A stretch of 64,000 nt of DNA, taken from NCBI GenBank assembly GCA_027334565.1, contig DAHWUP010000004.1, positions 15,138 to 79,137 on the forward strand, written 5' to 3'. The position numbers were made by a program, and so were the translations under genes. The notes beneath the pieces are model-generated. The model saw only the letters and a list, made by a program, of their open reading frames with translations. It was not told the origin of the DNA and made no database searches. Shown here piece by piece: positions 39,859 to 49,994 of the stretch. Source of the stretch: Candidatus Levyibacteriota bacterium (GTDB lineage Bacteria; Patescibacteriota; Microgenomatia; Levybacterales; UBA12049). Positions within the stretch are counted from its first letter, which is position 1, and every line of letters begins with the position of its first letter.

Positions 39859-40659
39859 GAATGCCACAGAAAGTCCAGCCAAGACTATTGCGATAACAAT
39901 CGCCACATTGAAAATGATCCCTAATTGAATGATTTTTCCCGCCGCCGGATTTCTCCCCAACGCCTCGACCCCTTTGGCAGCGGTTCGGCCGAAGCTGAGG
40001 AAACCAAAGATAATCGATGCCAATACCACACCGGCTGCTACTATGTATTTAAAAATCGGAGATGGCCCCTGCTTGGTGGGAAGAATGGCAAACTTGAAGA
40101 TATCGGTCAACGACCCGGCCAGCGTCGGTTTGGCATTAAAATAATGAAGCTCAAGGTTTAAAGCAATTTTTCCGATATGGCTAGGATTAGGGTCGGTATA
40201 GTCATCCAGAGCCACACCCAAAACATAACCGTCCTTGGTAGCCTTGACACCTACACCGGGAATTGTCGAGGTGGTGATTTCGTCCCCTTTTTTGATTATT
40301 CCGTTTTGGGTTGAAACCAGAAGATAAACCCTGCCGACAGGAATAACCGGTACCCCGTTTTTGACGTCATTGGTGCTGAATATTATAGCCGCGTCTCTTG
40401 CGACCACCCCCAAGACTTGCGGGTCGTAGGGAATCGTGGATAAGACCACTCCTTGGGTGGAAGAAGAAACGATGCTACCGTCCTTAACATTGGGCTGGGC
40501 CAATTCTACCATTTGCGCTACTCCAAGGCTCGCGGCACCTTCGGTTGTGATTGAAAAGTTATTAAGGTTAGACTGTGCGAAACTGACCCCGGATTTTATT
40601 GAAAATAACCAGGCTAAAATTATTACCAGTGAAAATATGGTTTTTTTATTCAAAAACAT
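39841..40659 (-). CDS. exported protein with C-terminal two-helix membrane hairpin
   Basis: Signal peptide, soluble domain of about 170 aa, then ..FGRTAAKGVEALGRNPAAGKIIQLGIIFNVAIVIAIVLAGL.. hairpin. Confidence 0.4.
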   Translation of the reverse strand: MFLNKKTIFSLVIILAWLFSIKSGVSFAQSNLNNFSITTEGAASLGVAQMVELAQPNVKDGSIVSSSTQGVVLSTIPYDPQVLGVVARDAAIIFSTNDVKNGVPVIPVGRVYLLVSTQNGIIKKGDEITTSTIPGVGVKATKDGYVLGVALDDYTDPNPSHIGKIALNLELHYFNAKPTLAGSLTDIFKFAILPTKQGPSPIFKYIVAAGVVLASIIFGFLSFGRTAAKGVEALGRNPAAGKIIQLGIIFNVAIVIAIVLAGLSVAFLILRL

Positions 40660-40702
40660 AGGTTCATCTGTAATTATAGAGGTTAGTAAGAGGGTTTCTC
40701 AA

Positions 40703-42667
40703 CTAAAGTTTATTTTTTAAAAGGATGTCTTCGACCAGGATTTTTAACGACATGGTCGCAACCCCCGTGACCGTATCCGCGCCGCCATAATAAATAAACA
40801 ATGTATCGTTTACAACCGCCGCCCCGCAGGGAAAGACCACATTGGGCACTCTTCCACTTAGCTCATAAGGCTTTTTCGGTTCTAATATCGGTTCGTCCGT
40901 TCGTGCAATGATGTTTTTCGGTTCGTTGTAATCCAAAAGCATCGCCCCGACCTTATAAATGAATCCGGGTTCCGATACCCCGTGATATAAAAGCAGCCAT
41001 CCGTGTTCGGTCTCGATCGGTGGGGCGGCGATACCAACCTTAACGTTATCCCATTTGTCTTTTCTTGCCTGAGCAATAATTCCTCCCGATAGATATTTTT
41101 TATCAGGGAAGTCCAAGTCCCTTAAGTGGTCCATCCAAATGACATCACCGAGGCGGTGGAAAGCAAGATAACCGTTGGTATTGACCTTTCTGATTATACA
41201 GGCGTCTTTATCATCCACCCCCGGAGGCGAAATAAGTTTAGGTTTATCGAAACTCCAGTTTTTATTTAGGAAATCGGAAACAGAAATCGTGGTAAGGGCA
41301 ACCCTGGGTGGATTATGCCCGTCATAAGCGGTATAGGTTATATATAACCGGTCGTTAATTCTGGTAATTCGAGGATCCTCGCAACCCGAGTTTCCCGTTT
41401 TATTTTTATCGGGATTAAGTTTCTTCTCAAAATTTTCTCTAGGCGTGTATATCGGATAGTCCAACACCTCATCGAGGTGCAAACCGTCTTTGCTGGATGC
41501 ATAACCCAATACGGATACGCCGTCGTTTGCCTGTGCCCGATAAATAATATGCACTTTCCCTTCCAAGTAAATTGCTGCAGGATTAAAAGCTCCGGCTTTC
41601 TTCCATTCGAGTTCAGGGACCGGATAGAGAATGGGATTTTCATCAAAGCGGGTGAACCTTCTGGGATTAACTTCTTCATGAGGCTTTTCTTCCGCCAGTA
41701 GATCGTTTAATAAAGCGTTCAAATCACAAGTCGCCAAAGCACAAACCGTATCCGCGGCGCCGTAATAAACGGATAGTTTTCCATCCTTAACGACCGCGCC
41801 GGAGGGAAATATCACATTCTTTACATTACCGTCCATTTCGTATTTTTCCTTCGGGTTTAGAAGGGAGGATTTGGAACGACCTAAAATTTTGCGGGGATTA
41901 TTAAGGTCTAACAAAACCGCTTCGATATTAAAGATTTTGTTGTTTGATGTGTAATTTTTAATATAGGAATAAATTACCAACCATCCCCTTTCGGTCTTTA
42001 TGGGAGGAGCACCCAGTTCAACCTGGTCATGGATATCCCTTAATAAATAGACGATATGGCTGTTTGCCGTTGTCTGCCATTTGTCCCAATATTCGGGAGA
42101 ATAAATATCCTCCTCCTTGTCAAATTCGGCGATGGTCAATTTTGCCGGCGGCTGGTCCGTATCTTTGGTCAAAATTGCGGTCAGCTTACCGTTAATTTTT
42201 TCCGGGAAAAGTGCCATCGCCTTGGAGTTGAATGTTGTTACGGGATGTTTTTCGAAATTTTTAAAGTCCTTGGTGATAGCAACCCCCAATTTAATTCCGA
42301 AAGCCGAAAACGGATATGCCGATAGGGCGGTATAAAAAATATAAAATTTTTCATTGATATAGATGATCCTCGGGTCCTCACAACCGTAAATATCCCAGTT
42401 CTCCGATGGAGAAATTATCATTCTTCGGTCGGTAAAATTTATCCCATCCTGGCTTTGTGCATATCCAACAGACGAAACTTGCATATTATTAATACCGTTT
42501 TGCTTTTTGGGTGAAGATAATGCACGGTATACCATGTGATATACACCTTGCGCATAAACGACACATCCGTTAAACGCGCCGTCGTGTTCCCAGTCGGTTT
42601 CGGGATTAGGGATTATAATTGGATTTTCTGATGCTCGGATCAGGGCAGTCATAAAAAGTTTAGGCAA
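40703..42667 (-). CDS. tandem GH130/DUF377-like beta-propeller glycosidase/phosphorylase domains
   Basis: Two internal repeats of about 320 aa, each with ENPI..P...WE..GAFN...Y.G.YHM.YRA and GCEDPRI..I motifs. Confidence 0.5.
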   Translation of the reverse strand: MPKLFMTALIRASENPIIIPNPETDWEHDGAFNGCVVYAQGVYHMVYRALSSPKKQNGINNMQVSSVGYAQSQDGINFTDRRMIISPSENWDIYGCEDPRIIYINEKFYIFYTALSAYPFSAFGIKLGVAITKDFKNFEKHPVTTFNSKAMALFPEKINGKLTAILTKDTDQPPAKLTIAEFDKEEDIYSPEYWDKWQTTANSHIVYLLRDIHDQVELGAPPIKTERGWLVIYSYIKNYTSNNKIFNIEAVLLDLNNPRKILGRSKSSLLNPKEKYEMDGNVKNVIFPSGAVVKDGKLSVYYGAADTVCALATCDLNALLNDLLAEEKPHEEVNPRRFTRFDENPILYPVPELEWKKAGAFNPAAIYLEGKVHIIYRAQANDGVSVLGYASSKDGLHLDEVLDYPIYTPRENFEKKLNPDKNKTGNSGCEDPRITRINDRLYITYTAYDGHNPPRVALTTISVSDFLNKNWSFDKPKLISPPGVDDKDACIIRKVNTNGYLAFHRLGDVIWMDHLRDLDFPDKKYLSGGIIAQARKDKWDNVKVGIAAPPIETEHGWLLLYHGVSEPGFIYKVGAMLLDYNEPKNIIARTDEPILEPKKPYELSGRVPNVVFPCGAAVVNDTLFIYYGGADTVTGVATMSLKILVEDILLKNKL

Positions 42668-42773
42668 ATAGTCTCTTACTTAAGTCAATAGTATTTACCG
42701 GGTAATGTCAAGGGTAACATTTCTCCAAAAAATTTGCAAAAATAATGAAAAATAAGTCATAATTAACCTGAAC

Positions 42774-43193
42774 ATGACAAAAAAGGTCGACGTATGGAAA
42801 ATTCTGATGGCTCTTTCAATAATCGGAATTCTTTTGGCCGTTTATCTTTTTTATAATTATCTTGCTAAGCCGCGTTTCGAATCATGTTATGTAAATAGCA
42901 TCATTAACTGTGATGCCACCACCAAAGGCAGTCTGTCAACATTATTCGGTATTCCGGTAGCTTTGGTCGGACTGGTCGGGTACGTAGTTATACTTTTTTC
43001 ATCAATTTTTAGAAGAAAGAAGTTGGTTTTGGGGATGTCTATCTTTGGGATGATTTTTTGTCTTTATATAACCGTTCAGGAAGTATTTTTCTTGCATGTT
43101 CTATGTCCGGTTTGCCTTGTCTGCCAACTGGTGATGTTCACGATTTTTGTAATTGCGCTTTATCTTGAATTTAAAAAAAATAAGAAAGTTTAA
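42774..43193 (+). CDS. vitamin K epoxide reductase (VKOR)-family thiol oxidoreductase
   Basis: 4 TM helices, loop Cys pair, CPVCLVCQ CxxC active site. Confidence 0.6.
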   Translation: MTKKVDVWKILMALSIIGILLAVYLFYNYLAKPRFESCYVNSIINCDATTKGSLSTLFGIPVALVGLVGYVVILFSSIFRRKKLVLGMSIFGMIFCLYITVQEVFFLHVLCPVCLVCQLVMFTIFVIALYLEFKKNKKV

Positions 43194-44424
43194 GCTTCTT
43201 TGTTATAATGAATTAGTGGAATTAAAGTCATTGTTAAAAGTAAAAATACCCCCGTTAAAACCGTTCTTAAAAAATCATTTGATCGAACTTCTGATCATAG
43301 TTTTTCTGTCCATCGCGGTTATTGCTTTAAGCGGTTTATTTATTTATAACTTAAATCAGTCTAAGCTTGTAAAAGCGGCTTTATCCGAAAGGCTGACTGC
43401 AGCAAACAGGCAGTACTCCGATTTAAAGAACCAAAATCAGTACAAGATTAACCAGGCGCTTAAAAAGAACATCGGCGACATACAATCTTCTTATAAAACT
43501 GTTGTTGATCTATACCAAAAAATTCAGGACCTAAAGGCACAAAAACAAGATACAAGTACGCTCGAAGTGGAATTCACCCAAAGTTTAAGTTACGTTTCCC
43601 AGCTTAATTATGCTTCGGCCTCGTCCCGGCTGGCAGTTTTGGCGGCGGATATAAAGAAAATGCAGGACGCCTTGGCTTTGGCTCAGGCGCAAAATGCAGC
43701 GGCCCAAAACGTTACGCAGAGCAATACTCCTCCCGCAAACGGATTTTCGGTGCAATCCGTCTCCACCCCAAACGGTAACTTTACGGTTTATATCATCGCC
43801 GCCGATTTAAATACCACCAGAGTGGTCGTCGATACGGCCTCCGGCGGGGACTGTTCAAATAACTGTCCGGTCCTGCCATTATCGGATTATATTGCAAGAA
43901 GCGGCGCGTTCGCAGGTATCAACGGAACGTATTTTTGCCCTGCCGAATATCCCAGCTGTGCGGGAAAAACCGGTTCGTTCGACCTTTTGGTGATGAACAA
44001 AAACAAGGTATATTTCAATTCCGCAAACAATGTCTACAGCACGAATCCGGCTGTGATATTTTACGGCAATACGGTAAGGTTTGTTTCCCAGGCCTTGCAG
44101 TGGGGCAGAGATACCGGCGTAGATGCGGTAATCTCGAATTATCCGCTGTTGGTTTACAACGGAAACGTCGTTTATTCGGGCGGTGGGGACCCGAAATTTG
44201 CGCCAAAATCCGTCAGAACATTTATTGCCAATAAAGGCAGTATGGTTTACATCGGAATTGTGTTCAATGCCTCGATGCAGGATAGCGCGAATGTGCTAAA
44301 GGCTCTGGGAATGGACAATGCCATGAATTTGGATCAGGGCGGTTCAACCGCGCTTTGGTACGGGGGTTACAAGGCGGGCCCCGGCAGGAACATACCTAAC
44401 GCCCTTCTGTTTGTCAGGAAATAG
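43153..44424 (+). CDS. phosphodiester glycosidase (NAGPA/DUF2233)-like protein with N-terminal TM and coiled coil
   Basis: C-terminal GINGTYF..NLDQGGSTALWYGG pattern. Confidence 0.45.
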   Translation: MRFILNLKKIRKFKLLCYNELVELKSLLKVKIPPLKPFLKNHLIELLIIVFLSIAVIALSGLFIYNLNQSKLVKAALSERLTAANRQYSDLKNQNQYKINQALKKNIGDIQSSYKTVVDLYQKIQDLKAQKQDTSTLEVEFTQSLSYVSQLNYASASSRLAVLAADIKKMQDALALAQAQNAAAQNVTQSNTPPANGFSVQSVSTPNGNFTVYIIAADLNTTRVVVDTASGGDCSNNCPVLPLSDYIARSGAFAGINGTYFCPAEYPSCAGKTGSFDLLVMNKNKVYFNSANNVYSTNPAVIFYGNTVRFVSQALQWGRDTGVDAVISNYPLLVYNGNVVYSGGGDPKFAPKSVRTFIANKGSMVYIGIVFNASMQDSANVLKALGMDNAMNLDQGGSTALWYGGYKAGPGRNIPNALLFVRK

Positions 44425-44974
44425 CATCTTTTTGGTATTCGCTCTTGATAATCTTCGAGTATTTCTTAATTAGCTTTTGGATTTTGGGGTTAATTACAAA
44501 AGTACAATAGGGATATTCTTTGTTTTTGTCGTAATAATTCTTATGATAGCTCTCGGCCTCATAGAAATTATTAAAGGGAAGAATTTGAGTGACTATTTTA
44601 TTCTTATAGACTCTTTCCTTTTCAAGCCTCTTCCTTGATGCCAAAGCTTCGTTTTTTTGTTCATCGGTATGGTAGAAAATAGCCGAGCGGTATTGCGTTC
44701 CGACATCATTACCCTGCCGATTTAAAGTGGTTGGGTCGTGCGTGTGCCAAAACACATCAAGCAATACGGTGTAGGGAATTTGTTCCGGATCAAACTCTAT
44801 TCGGATGCTTTCGGCGTGTTGGGTTTGTCCGGATGAGACCTCTTCATAGGTCGGATTTTCTTTTACACCACCGCTGTATCCCGGGCTGACATCATAAACC
44901 CCTTTTAATCTTTTAAATATTGCCTCAAAACACCAGAAACATCCTCCCGCGAAGGTAGCGCTTTCGTTTCCCAT
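44414..44974 (-). CDS. msrA: peptide methionine sulfoxide reductase MsrA
   Basis: GCFWCFEAIF active-site motif. Confidence 0.8.
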   Translation of the reverse strand: MGNESATFAGGCFWCFEAIFKRLKGVYDVSPGYSGGVKENPTYEEVSSGQTQHAESIRIEFDPEQIPYTVLLDVFWHTHDPTTLNRQGNDVGTQYRSAIFYHTDEQKNEALASRKRLEKERVYKNKIVTQILPFNNFYEAESYHKNYYDKNKEYPYCTFVINPKIQKLIKKYSKIIKSEYQKDAIS

Positions 44975-45054
44975 GTCAAAATTTTAACAGAATTACCAAT
45001 AAAAAGATGTATACTGATTTCACTTATTTTGATTAATCTGTATAATATAGGTAA

Positions 45055-45393
45055 ATGAAGATTTTGATCAATTGGGTTGTCTCGGCGATGGTCATTTTTA
45101 TTTTGGCAACCGTCGTGCCCGGCGTCCATGTCGCAAGTTTCGTGACCGCTTTAGCGGTTGCTCTTGTTTTGGGAATAATCAATGCATTTTTAAAACCGAT
45201 ACTGATAATTCTTACTCTTCCCATAAACATTTTAACACTGGGTTTATTCACCTTCGTTTTGAACGCATTACTGATCCTTTTGGCAAGCAAAATCGTTTCT
45301 GGTTTTGTGGTCGAGGGATTTTTAGCAGCATTGGTTTTTGGCATCGTACTATCTATCTCCAATACATTTTTGGGGCTTTGGGGAAAAGCTTAA
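45055..45393 (+). CDS. small 4-TM membrane protein (DUF360/holin-4-like)
   Basis: 112 aa, entirely hydrophobic helices. Confidence 0.45.
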   Translation: MKILINWVVSAMVIFILATVVPGVHVASFVTALAVALVLGIINAFLKPILIILTLPINILTLGLFTFVLNALLILLASKIVSGFVVEGFLAALVFGIVLSISNTFLGLWGKA

Positions 45394-45436
45394 CCTGCCC
45401 CTTTTATAATCCTTTGATTTTTAGTATCATTCCTCT

Positions 45437-46009
45437 ATGTCAAAAAACATAGTTCCTTTTGTGATAGTGTTATTGGTAATTTTCGTCGGCATCGGAGGAA
45501 TTTTCTTTTTATCGAATCAAGGAACATCTGTTCCCTCGCAAAACCCCTCAGACTTAATTCCGACCCTATTCCCGGCGCAAAATTCTACTCCAACGCCGGT
45601 TACCCAAATACCTGCTATAATAAGTCAATCGCCGGTTTTGGGAGCGGCAACAGCAGGGGCTAATATGGATAATTATGTTACGACAGCGGACGGTTTGAAA
45701 TATCTTGATGAAGTGGTCGGTACGGGCCAGATTGTTAAAAGCGGGGATACGGTAACCGTAAATTACGTGGGTACTCTGGAAAACGGGACCAAATTCGACA
45801 GCTCTTATGATCGAAATGAGCCCTTTACCACTCAAATCGGGGTCGGGCAGGTCATCAAAGGCTGGGATGAAGGAATAGTCGGTATGAAGGTAGGGGGCAA
45901 AAGAAAGCTGGTAGTTCCCCCTGGTCTTGGTTATGGTGCGCAAAATGTAGGCTCAATACCCCCAAACTCCACGCTTATCTTTGAGGTGGAGGTTTTGTCG
46001 GTCAAATAA
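45437..46009 (+). CDS. FKBP-type peptidyl-prolyl cis-trans isomerase, membrane-anchored
   Basis: N-terminal TM; C-terminal GDTVTVNYVGTLENGTKFDSS..GWDEGIVGMKVGGKRKL..P..GYG. Confidence 0.75.
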   Translation: MSKNIVPFVIVLLVIFVGIGGIFFLSNQGTSVPSQNPSDLIPTLFPAQNSTPTPVTQIPAIISQSPVLGAATAGANMDNYVTTADGLKYLDEVVGTGQIVKSGDTVTVNYVGTLENGTKFDSSYDRNEPFTTQIGVGQVIKGWDEGIVGMKVGGKRKLVVPPGLGYGAQNVGSIPPNSTLIFEVEVLSVK

Positions 46010-46021
46010 ATTTCTGCATTA

Positions 46022-47023
46022 TTAAATTTCGTGGGGTAAAAATCCGGACATCGATTTTCTTATTTCAATCATTTTTTCTTTATGTAGTAATCCGTTCTCC
46101 GCTCCAACTTCCCGGATGACACTTGATGAATTTATAGTTCCCCAGACCATTGCTTCTTCAATTGACAGATCTTTTAAAACCGCGGAAAGAAAACCCGCGG
46201 TATAAGCATCGCCGGCGCCGGTCTTTTCTATCGCCTCAACTTTATTGCACGCAAGATGAAACATCTTATTATTCTGGTTTTGAACATACGAACCGTTCAC
46301 AGAATCGGTAATGATAACATTTTTGGCACCCAGGCTTCTTAGTCCGAATAATAGTTTCTTGATCAAATTTTTATTGTTTTCTAGTTTTAGTCCCAGCTCT
46401 TTTCCGTATAGAATTTCCTCCGCCTCCTGTTTATTGACAAACAAATAATCGGTCACTTCGATCGCATCCATCACAAATCTGTTTTTATATTCCAACTGTA
46501 AAGATCCCGGATTAAAGGCCAATAAAGTATCGGATTGTTTTACGTGTTCATAGACCTTTTCGTAAATATGTTCCCAGACATGGCCGATACTGGTTAAATA
46601 AATCAGTCTGGTATCGGCATTTTCGAATTTGAGGTTATGTTTTCGCTGGACGTGTTCGGTAAAAAGGGTCCGTTCGCCGTTATAGCTTAAGGCAACCGTG
46701 ATAGACGTCTGTTTATCGTTGTCCCGGATCACAAAGTCGGTATTGACGTCTTCATCTCCTAAAGTAGAGAGTATTTTTTGTGAAAATTCGTCGTTTCCGA
46801 TCTCGGCGCAAAGTCCTGAGTTTAATCCGAGTCTTGCTGTGCCCACCGCCGTATTGGTCGCGTTCCCGCCGATACCGACGATATATTTTTCAACGCTGAT
46901 TTTTTCACCCAGACTTATCTCGAGCCTGTTGTTTTCTCTATCATGTTTAAACTTCGGATCGGTCGACGGGATTTTTAGGAAAATGTCGATCACCGAATCC
47001 CCGATACATAAAATATCCAGCAT
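46022..47023 (-). CDS. PfkB-family carbohydrate kinase
   Basis: N-terminal ILCIGDSVIDIF and C-terminal TGAGDAYTAGFL motifs. Confidence 0.75.
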   Translation of the reverse strand: MLDILCIGDSVIDIFLKIPSTDPKFKHDRENNRLEISLGEKISVEKYIVGIGGNATNTAVGTARLGLNSGLCAEIGNDEFSQKILSTLGDEDVNTDFVIRDNDKQTSITVALSYNGERTLFTEHVQRKHNLKFENADTRLIYLTSIGHVWEHIYEKVYEHVKQSDTLLAFNPGSLQLEYKNRFVMDAIEVTDYLFVNKQEAEEILYGKELGLKLENNKNLIKKLLFGLRSLGAKNVIITDSVNGSYVQNQNNKMFHLACNKVEAIEKTGAGDAYTAGFLSAVLKDLSIEEAMVWGTINSSSVIREVGAENGLLHKEKMIEIRKSMSGFLPHEI

Positions 47024-47032
47024 AAGTCAATT

Positions 47033-47638
47033 ATGCAGCAAATAAAAGGTCGGTTCAACAGATTGTGTTATAATCCGTCTATGAACGGTGAAGGTAAGGA
47101 TGGTCCGGTATTCGGTGAGCCTCCGGCAAAAAGAGGCGGTAGGGAATTAAGAAGAATCAGCGAAGGTCAACTTCCTGTCTTGCCTGAAAGTAAATTGCCG
47201 CCCAGGGAACCGAGCGCACCAACCATCGAAGAAGCCAGGCGAAAATTACTCATTGCCGCCAGAAAACAAGAGAAGGCAAAAACAAATTGGGAGGAACTTG
47301 TTGTTCCGGCAGACCCCGAAGGAGATATCAGAATGCAAGGAAGGTATTATCAACTTAGGGAAGGGGTCGAACCGTTAGGTTTATTCAGTGTTCCGCCGGG
47401 AGTGGGGAATGCCAGCCGTTTTTATGAACTGCGGTCAGGCGATTGGATATTTGTCCGTAAAGGCTCATGGGAATCCGACAATTCCAGAAGAAACGGTTGG
47501 GGAGAAGTTTACGTTTTGGCAGAAGACCATAAACCCGGTCATAATCCGAGAACCCGGTTGTTCGACGACCATGGATTTAGAAGATATTCGGGTTACGCGA
47601 AATTCCAGGGGATAGTTGACAGACAGACAATTAGCTAA
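47033..47638 (+). CDS. hypothetical protein
   Basis: 201-aa ORF; possible real start at the internal Met (MNGEGKDG) because a TATAAT-like box lies inside the first codons; no motif. Confidence 0.35.
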   Translation: MQQIKGRFNRLCYNPSMNGEGKDGPVFGEPPAKRGGRELRRISEGQLPVLPESKLPPREPSAPTIEEARRKLLIAARKQEKAKTNWEELVVPADPEGDIRMQGRYYQLREGVEPLGLFSVPPGVGNASRFYELRSGDWIFVRKGSWESDNSRRNGWGEVYVLAEDHKPGHNPRTRLFDDHGFRRYSGYAKFQGIVDRQTIS

Positions 47639-48090
47639 TTGTTCCGTTCTTCCAGTTTCTCTATTTTTTTCAAGATTTCAAGCATTAAATTCTGTTGCGT
47701 TTGTAAATGCTTTAAGATTGTTTCTATTTCCTTTTCCGCCTTCTTGTCCGTCTCGAAATCGTGTTCGGCCCGAAGTTCGGCATGCTTGCCCTGAATATTC
47801 TGCCCGATTAGAAGAAGCGGCATCAGGTGTAGTTGGATCAGGTTGGAAATGAAAAGCCAAAGTACAAAAGCCGGATATGGATCAAAACGTAAATTTTTCG
47901 GGGCAAATATGTTCCAGGATAACCAGATGATTGTCCAGGCTGCAATGATAAAAAAGAAGCCCATCGTGCCGATTTTTTCGGTTATCAAAAGAGCAAGCTT
48001 TTCCATCGACGATAATCCCTGGCGGTGAATCTTGTTGACGTTTTTGACCGGATATTCTTTTTGAATCTTTGCAAAAGTTGTTTTTTCCAC
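47635..48090 (-). CDS. DUF1003-like membrane protein
   Basis: Two TM helices then a coiled-coil C-terminus; 151 aa. Confidence 0.45.
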   Translation of the reverse strand: MEKTTFAKIQKEYPVKNVNKIHRQGLSSMEKLALLITEKIGTMGFFFIIAAWTIIWLSWNIFAPKNLRFDPYPAFVLWLFISNLIQLHLMPLLLIGQNIQGKHAELRAEHDFETDKKAEKEIETILKHLQTQQNLMLEILKKIEKLEERNN

Positions 48091-48160
48091 GCCTTAAGCT
48101 TAGCACAATGTATATATTTTTCAAATAATTATGATTTTTTAAGTTATTTTTCAGTTTATT

Positions 48161-48718
48161 ATGTCATTAATACACTTAATGAAGATTATCGGCATCGGCG
48201 GAACCTTAAGAAAAGGTTCCTTTAGTAAAGCATTGCTTTTTGCTGCACAAAAATTGACCCCCAAGGGTGTTGTAATAGAAATTACAGAGATAGGAGACTT
48301 CCCTTTATATAATCCCGATATACCCGTTCCGAAAAACGTTCAGGAATTTAAAAACAAAATCAGGTCGGCAGACGCGATCCTTTTCTCAACCGCGGAATAC
48401 AATTATTCGGTTCCCGGCGTCTTGAAAAATGCGATCGACTGGGCTTCGAGGCCGTACGGAGATAATTCGTTTGACCAAAAACCGGCGGCGATTATGAGCG
48501 AGTCCACCGGATTAATCAGCGGGTCGAGGGCAGCGTACCATTTAAGGCAGATTATGGTAATGTTGAACTCGCCGGTTTTAACTCAACCGGAATTGATGGT
48601 ACCGCAAGCCAGTGACAAGTTCGATAAAGAGGGAAACTTGACAGATGAGCACACAAAAGAGAAAATAAAAGCATTATTGGAAGCTCTGTCAAAATGGGCC
48701 GAAAGGTTAAAACAATGA
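48161..48718 (+). CDS. NAD(P)H-dependent FMN reductase (flavodoxin-like)
   Basis: IIGIGGTLRKGSFS...AILFSTAEYNYSVPGVLKNAIDW pattern. Confidence 0.7.
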   Translation: MSLIHLMKIIGIGGTLRKGSFSKALLFAAQKLTPKGVVIEITEIGDFPLYNPDIPVPKNVQEFKNKIRSADAILFSTAEYNYSVPGVLKNAIDWASRPYGDNSFDQKPAAIMSESTGLISGSRAAYHLRQIMVMLNSPVLTQPELMVPQASDKFDKEGNLTDEHTKEKIKALLEALSKWAERLKQ

Positions 48719-49191
48719 TTTTAAAAACTTTAACCAGTTTATTATCTGTAAGAACGGCATATGCGCATTGCGATATCCCATGCGGCATATATGATCCTCA
48801 TATGGCGCAGGTTGCCGCACATACGGTTGTCAGGATGACACAACTTATTTTGGATACCAAGGGCACGGATTCGAAATCGATACATAATGTCTCAAGAATG
48901 ACTCACGTAAAAGAAGAGCACGCTGGAAGGATTGAGGAGGAACTGGAAACATTGCGCAACGATTATTTCAAGGACGAGCATTTTAAAGAATATCCGGATC
49001 TTGAGGAATTGATCAAGGATACAATCGATTTTGCCAGCAAGGCAAGGCAAAACATCGATATGGATGTTGCGCTTAAGGCATTAGCGGGAACGCAGGCGAT
49101 CGCGGAAATTTTTTATAAGACCAAAGGCGTGACACCCGTTAGGGTCAAATCCGTATATCCGACACTGGGAGAAATAGTAACCTATAAATAA
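48694..49191 (+). CDS. sodN: nickel superoxide dismutase precursor
   Basis: Leader peptide ending AYA followed by HCDIPCGIYDP (Ni-hook His-Cys-x-x-Pro-Cys-G-x-Y). Confidence 0.7.
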   Translation: MGRKVKTMILKTLTSLLSVRTAYAHCDIPCGIYDPHMAQVAAHTVVRMTQLILDTKGTDSKSIHNVSRMTHVKEEHAGRIEEELETLRNDYFKDEHFKEYPDLEELIKDTIDFASKARQNIDMDVALKALAGTQAIAEIFYKTKGVTPVRVKSVYPTLGEIVTYK

Positions 49192-49481
49192 TGCTTCTTT
49201 TGGCAAGGTTTAAAATCTACGGCCACAGCATGGAGCCACAGATTGGGGACGGGGAAGAAGTGTTGGTAAGCGAAGTTCCGTTTTGGTTCAAAAAGCCTCA
49301 AATAAATGATATAGTTGCATTTGTAAGCAAAGACAATAAAGTTTTAATTAAAAGGGTATCAGGGGTGGTACGAGGCGGGTATTATGTTCAGGGAGATAAC
49401 CGGGAAGACAGCCTTGATAGCCGACGGTTCGGTAAGGTTTTGCCAAAGCAAATCATGGGGAAATTTATTTTTAAATTATAA
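49191..49481 (+). CDS. signal-peptidase-like S26 protease (Ni-SOD maturation, SodX-like)
   Basis: GHSMEP (S26 SM.P motif) and ..KRV..GGD; 96 aa; immediately downstream of sodN. Confidence 0.6.
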   Translation: MLLLARFKIYGHSMEPQIGDGEEVLVSEVPFWFKKPQINDIVAFVSKDNKVLIKRVSGVVRGGYYVQGDNREDSLDSRRFGKVLPKQIMGKFIFKL

Positions 49482-49994
49482 ATGCTTTTAGAGGTATTCA
49501 TCCTACTCGCAGTTATATTTTTGTTGATAATGCTATCGGCGGTTTGGCCTCCAGACAGTCCATGGGCTCCATGGTGGAGGACCAATAAGAATGTCGCCAA
49601 CGCGCTATGTAAATTGGCGGACATCTCAAATAAAGATACTGTTTATGATCTTGGTTGCGGAGACGGAGAGGCGTTGATCCAATCTGCAAAACTTGGCGCA
49701 AAAGGAGTCGGGATAGAAATTGATCCGATAAGGGCATGGATCGCACGGCAAAGAATCTCAAGAAACGGTCTTAAAGAGAAAGTGCTTATCAGAAGGAAAA
49801 ATTTCTTTAACGAAAACTTATCCGAGGCCTCGATAGTAATAGTATATCTTGTACCGGCAACGCTTGATAAATTGATCCCCAAATTTAAAAAAGAATTGAA
49901 AAAAGGGACGAAAATAGTCAGTTTTAGGTACGAGATGAAATTAAAGCTTAAAGATAAAGATACAGATAATAAACTTTTTCTTTATACTATTTAA
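49482..49994 (+). CDS. class I SAM-dependent methyltransferase
   Basis: VYDLGCGDGEALIQSA..GVGIEID motif I and post-I. Confidence 0.6.
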   Translation: MLLEVFILLAVIFLLIMLSAVWPPDSPWAPWWRTNKNVANALCKLADISNKDTVYDLGCGDGEALIQSAKLGAKGVGIEIDPIRAWIARQRISRNGLKEKVLIRRKNFFNENLSEASIVIVYLVPATLDKLIPKFKKELKKGTKIVSFRYEMKLKLKDKDTDNKLFLYTI

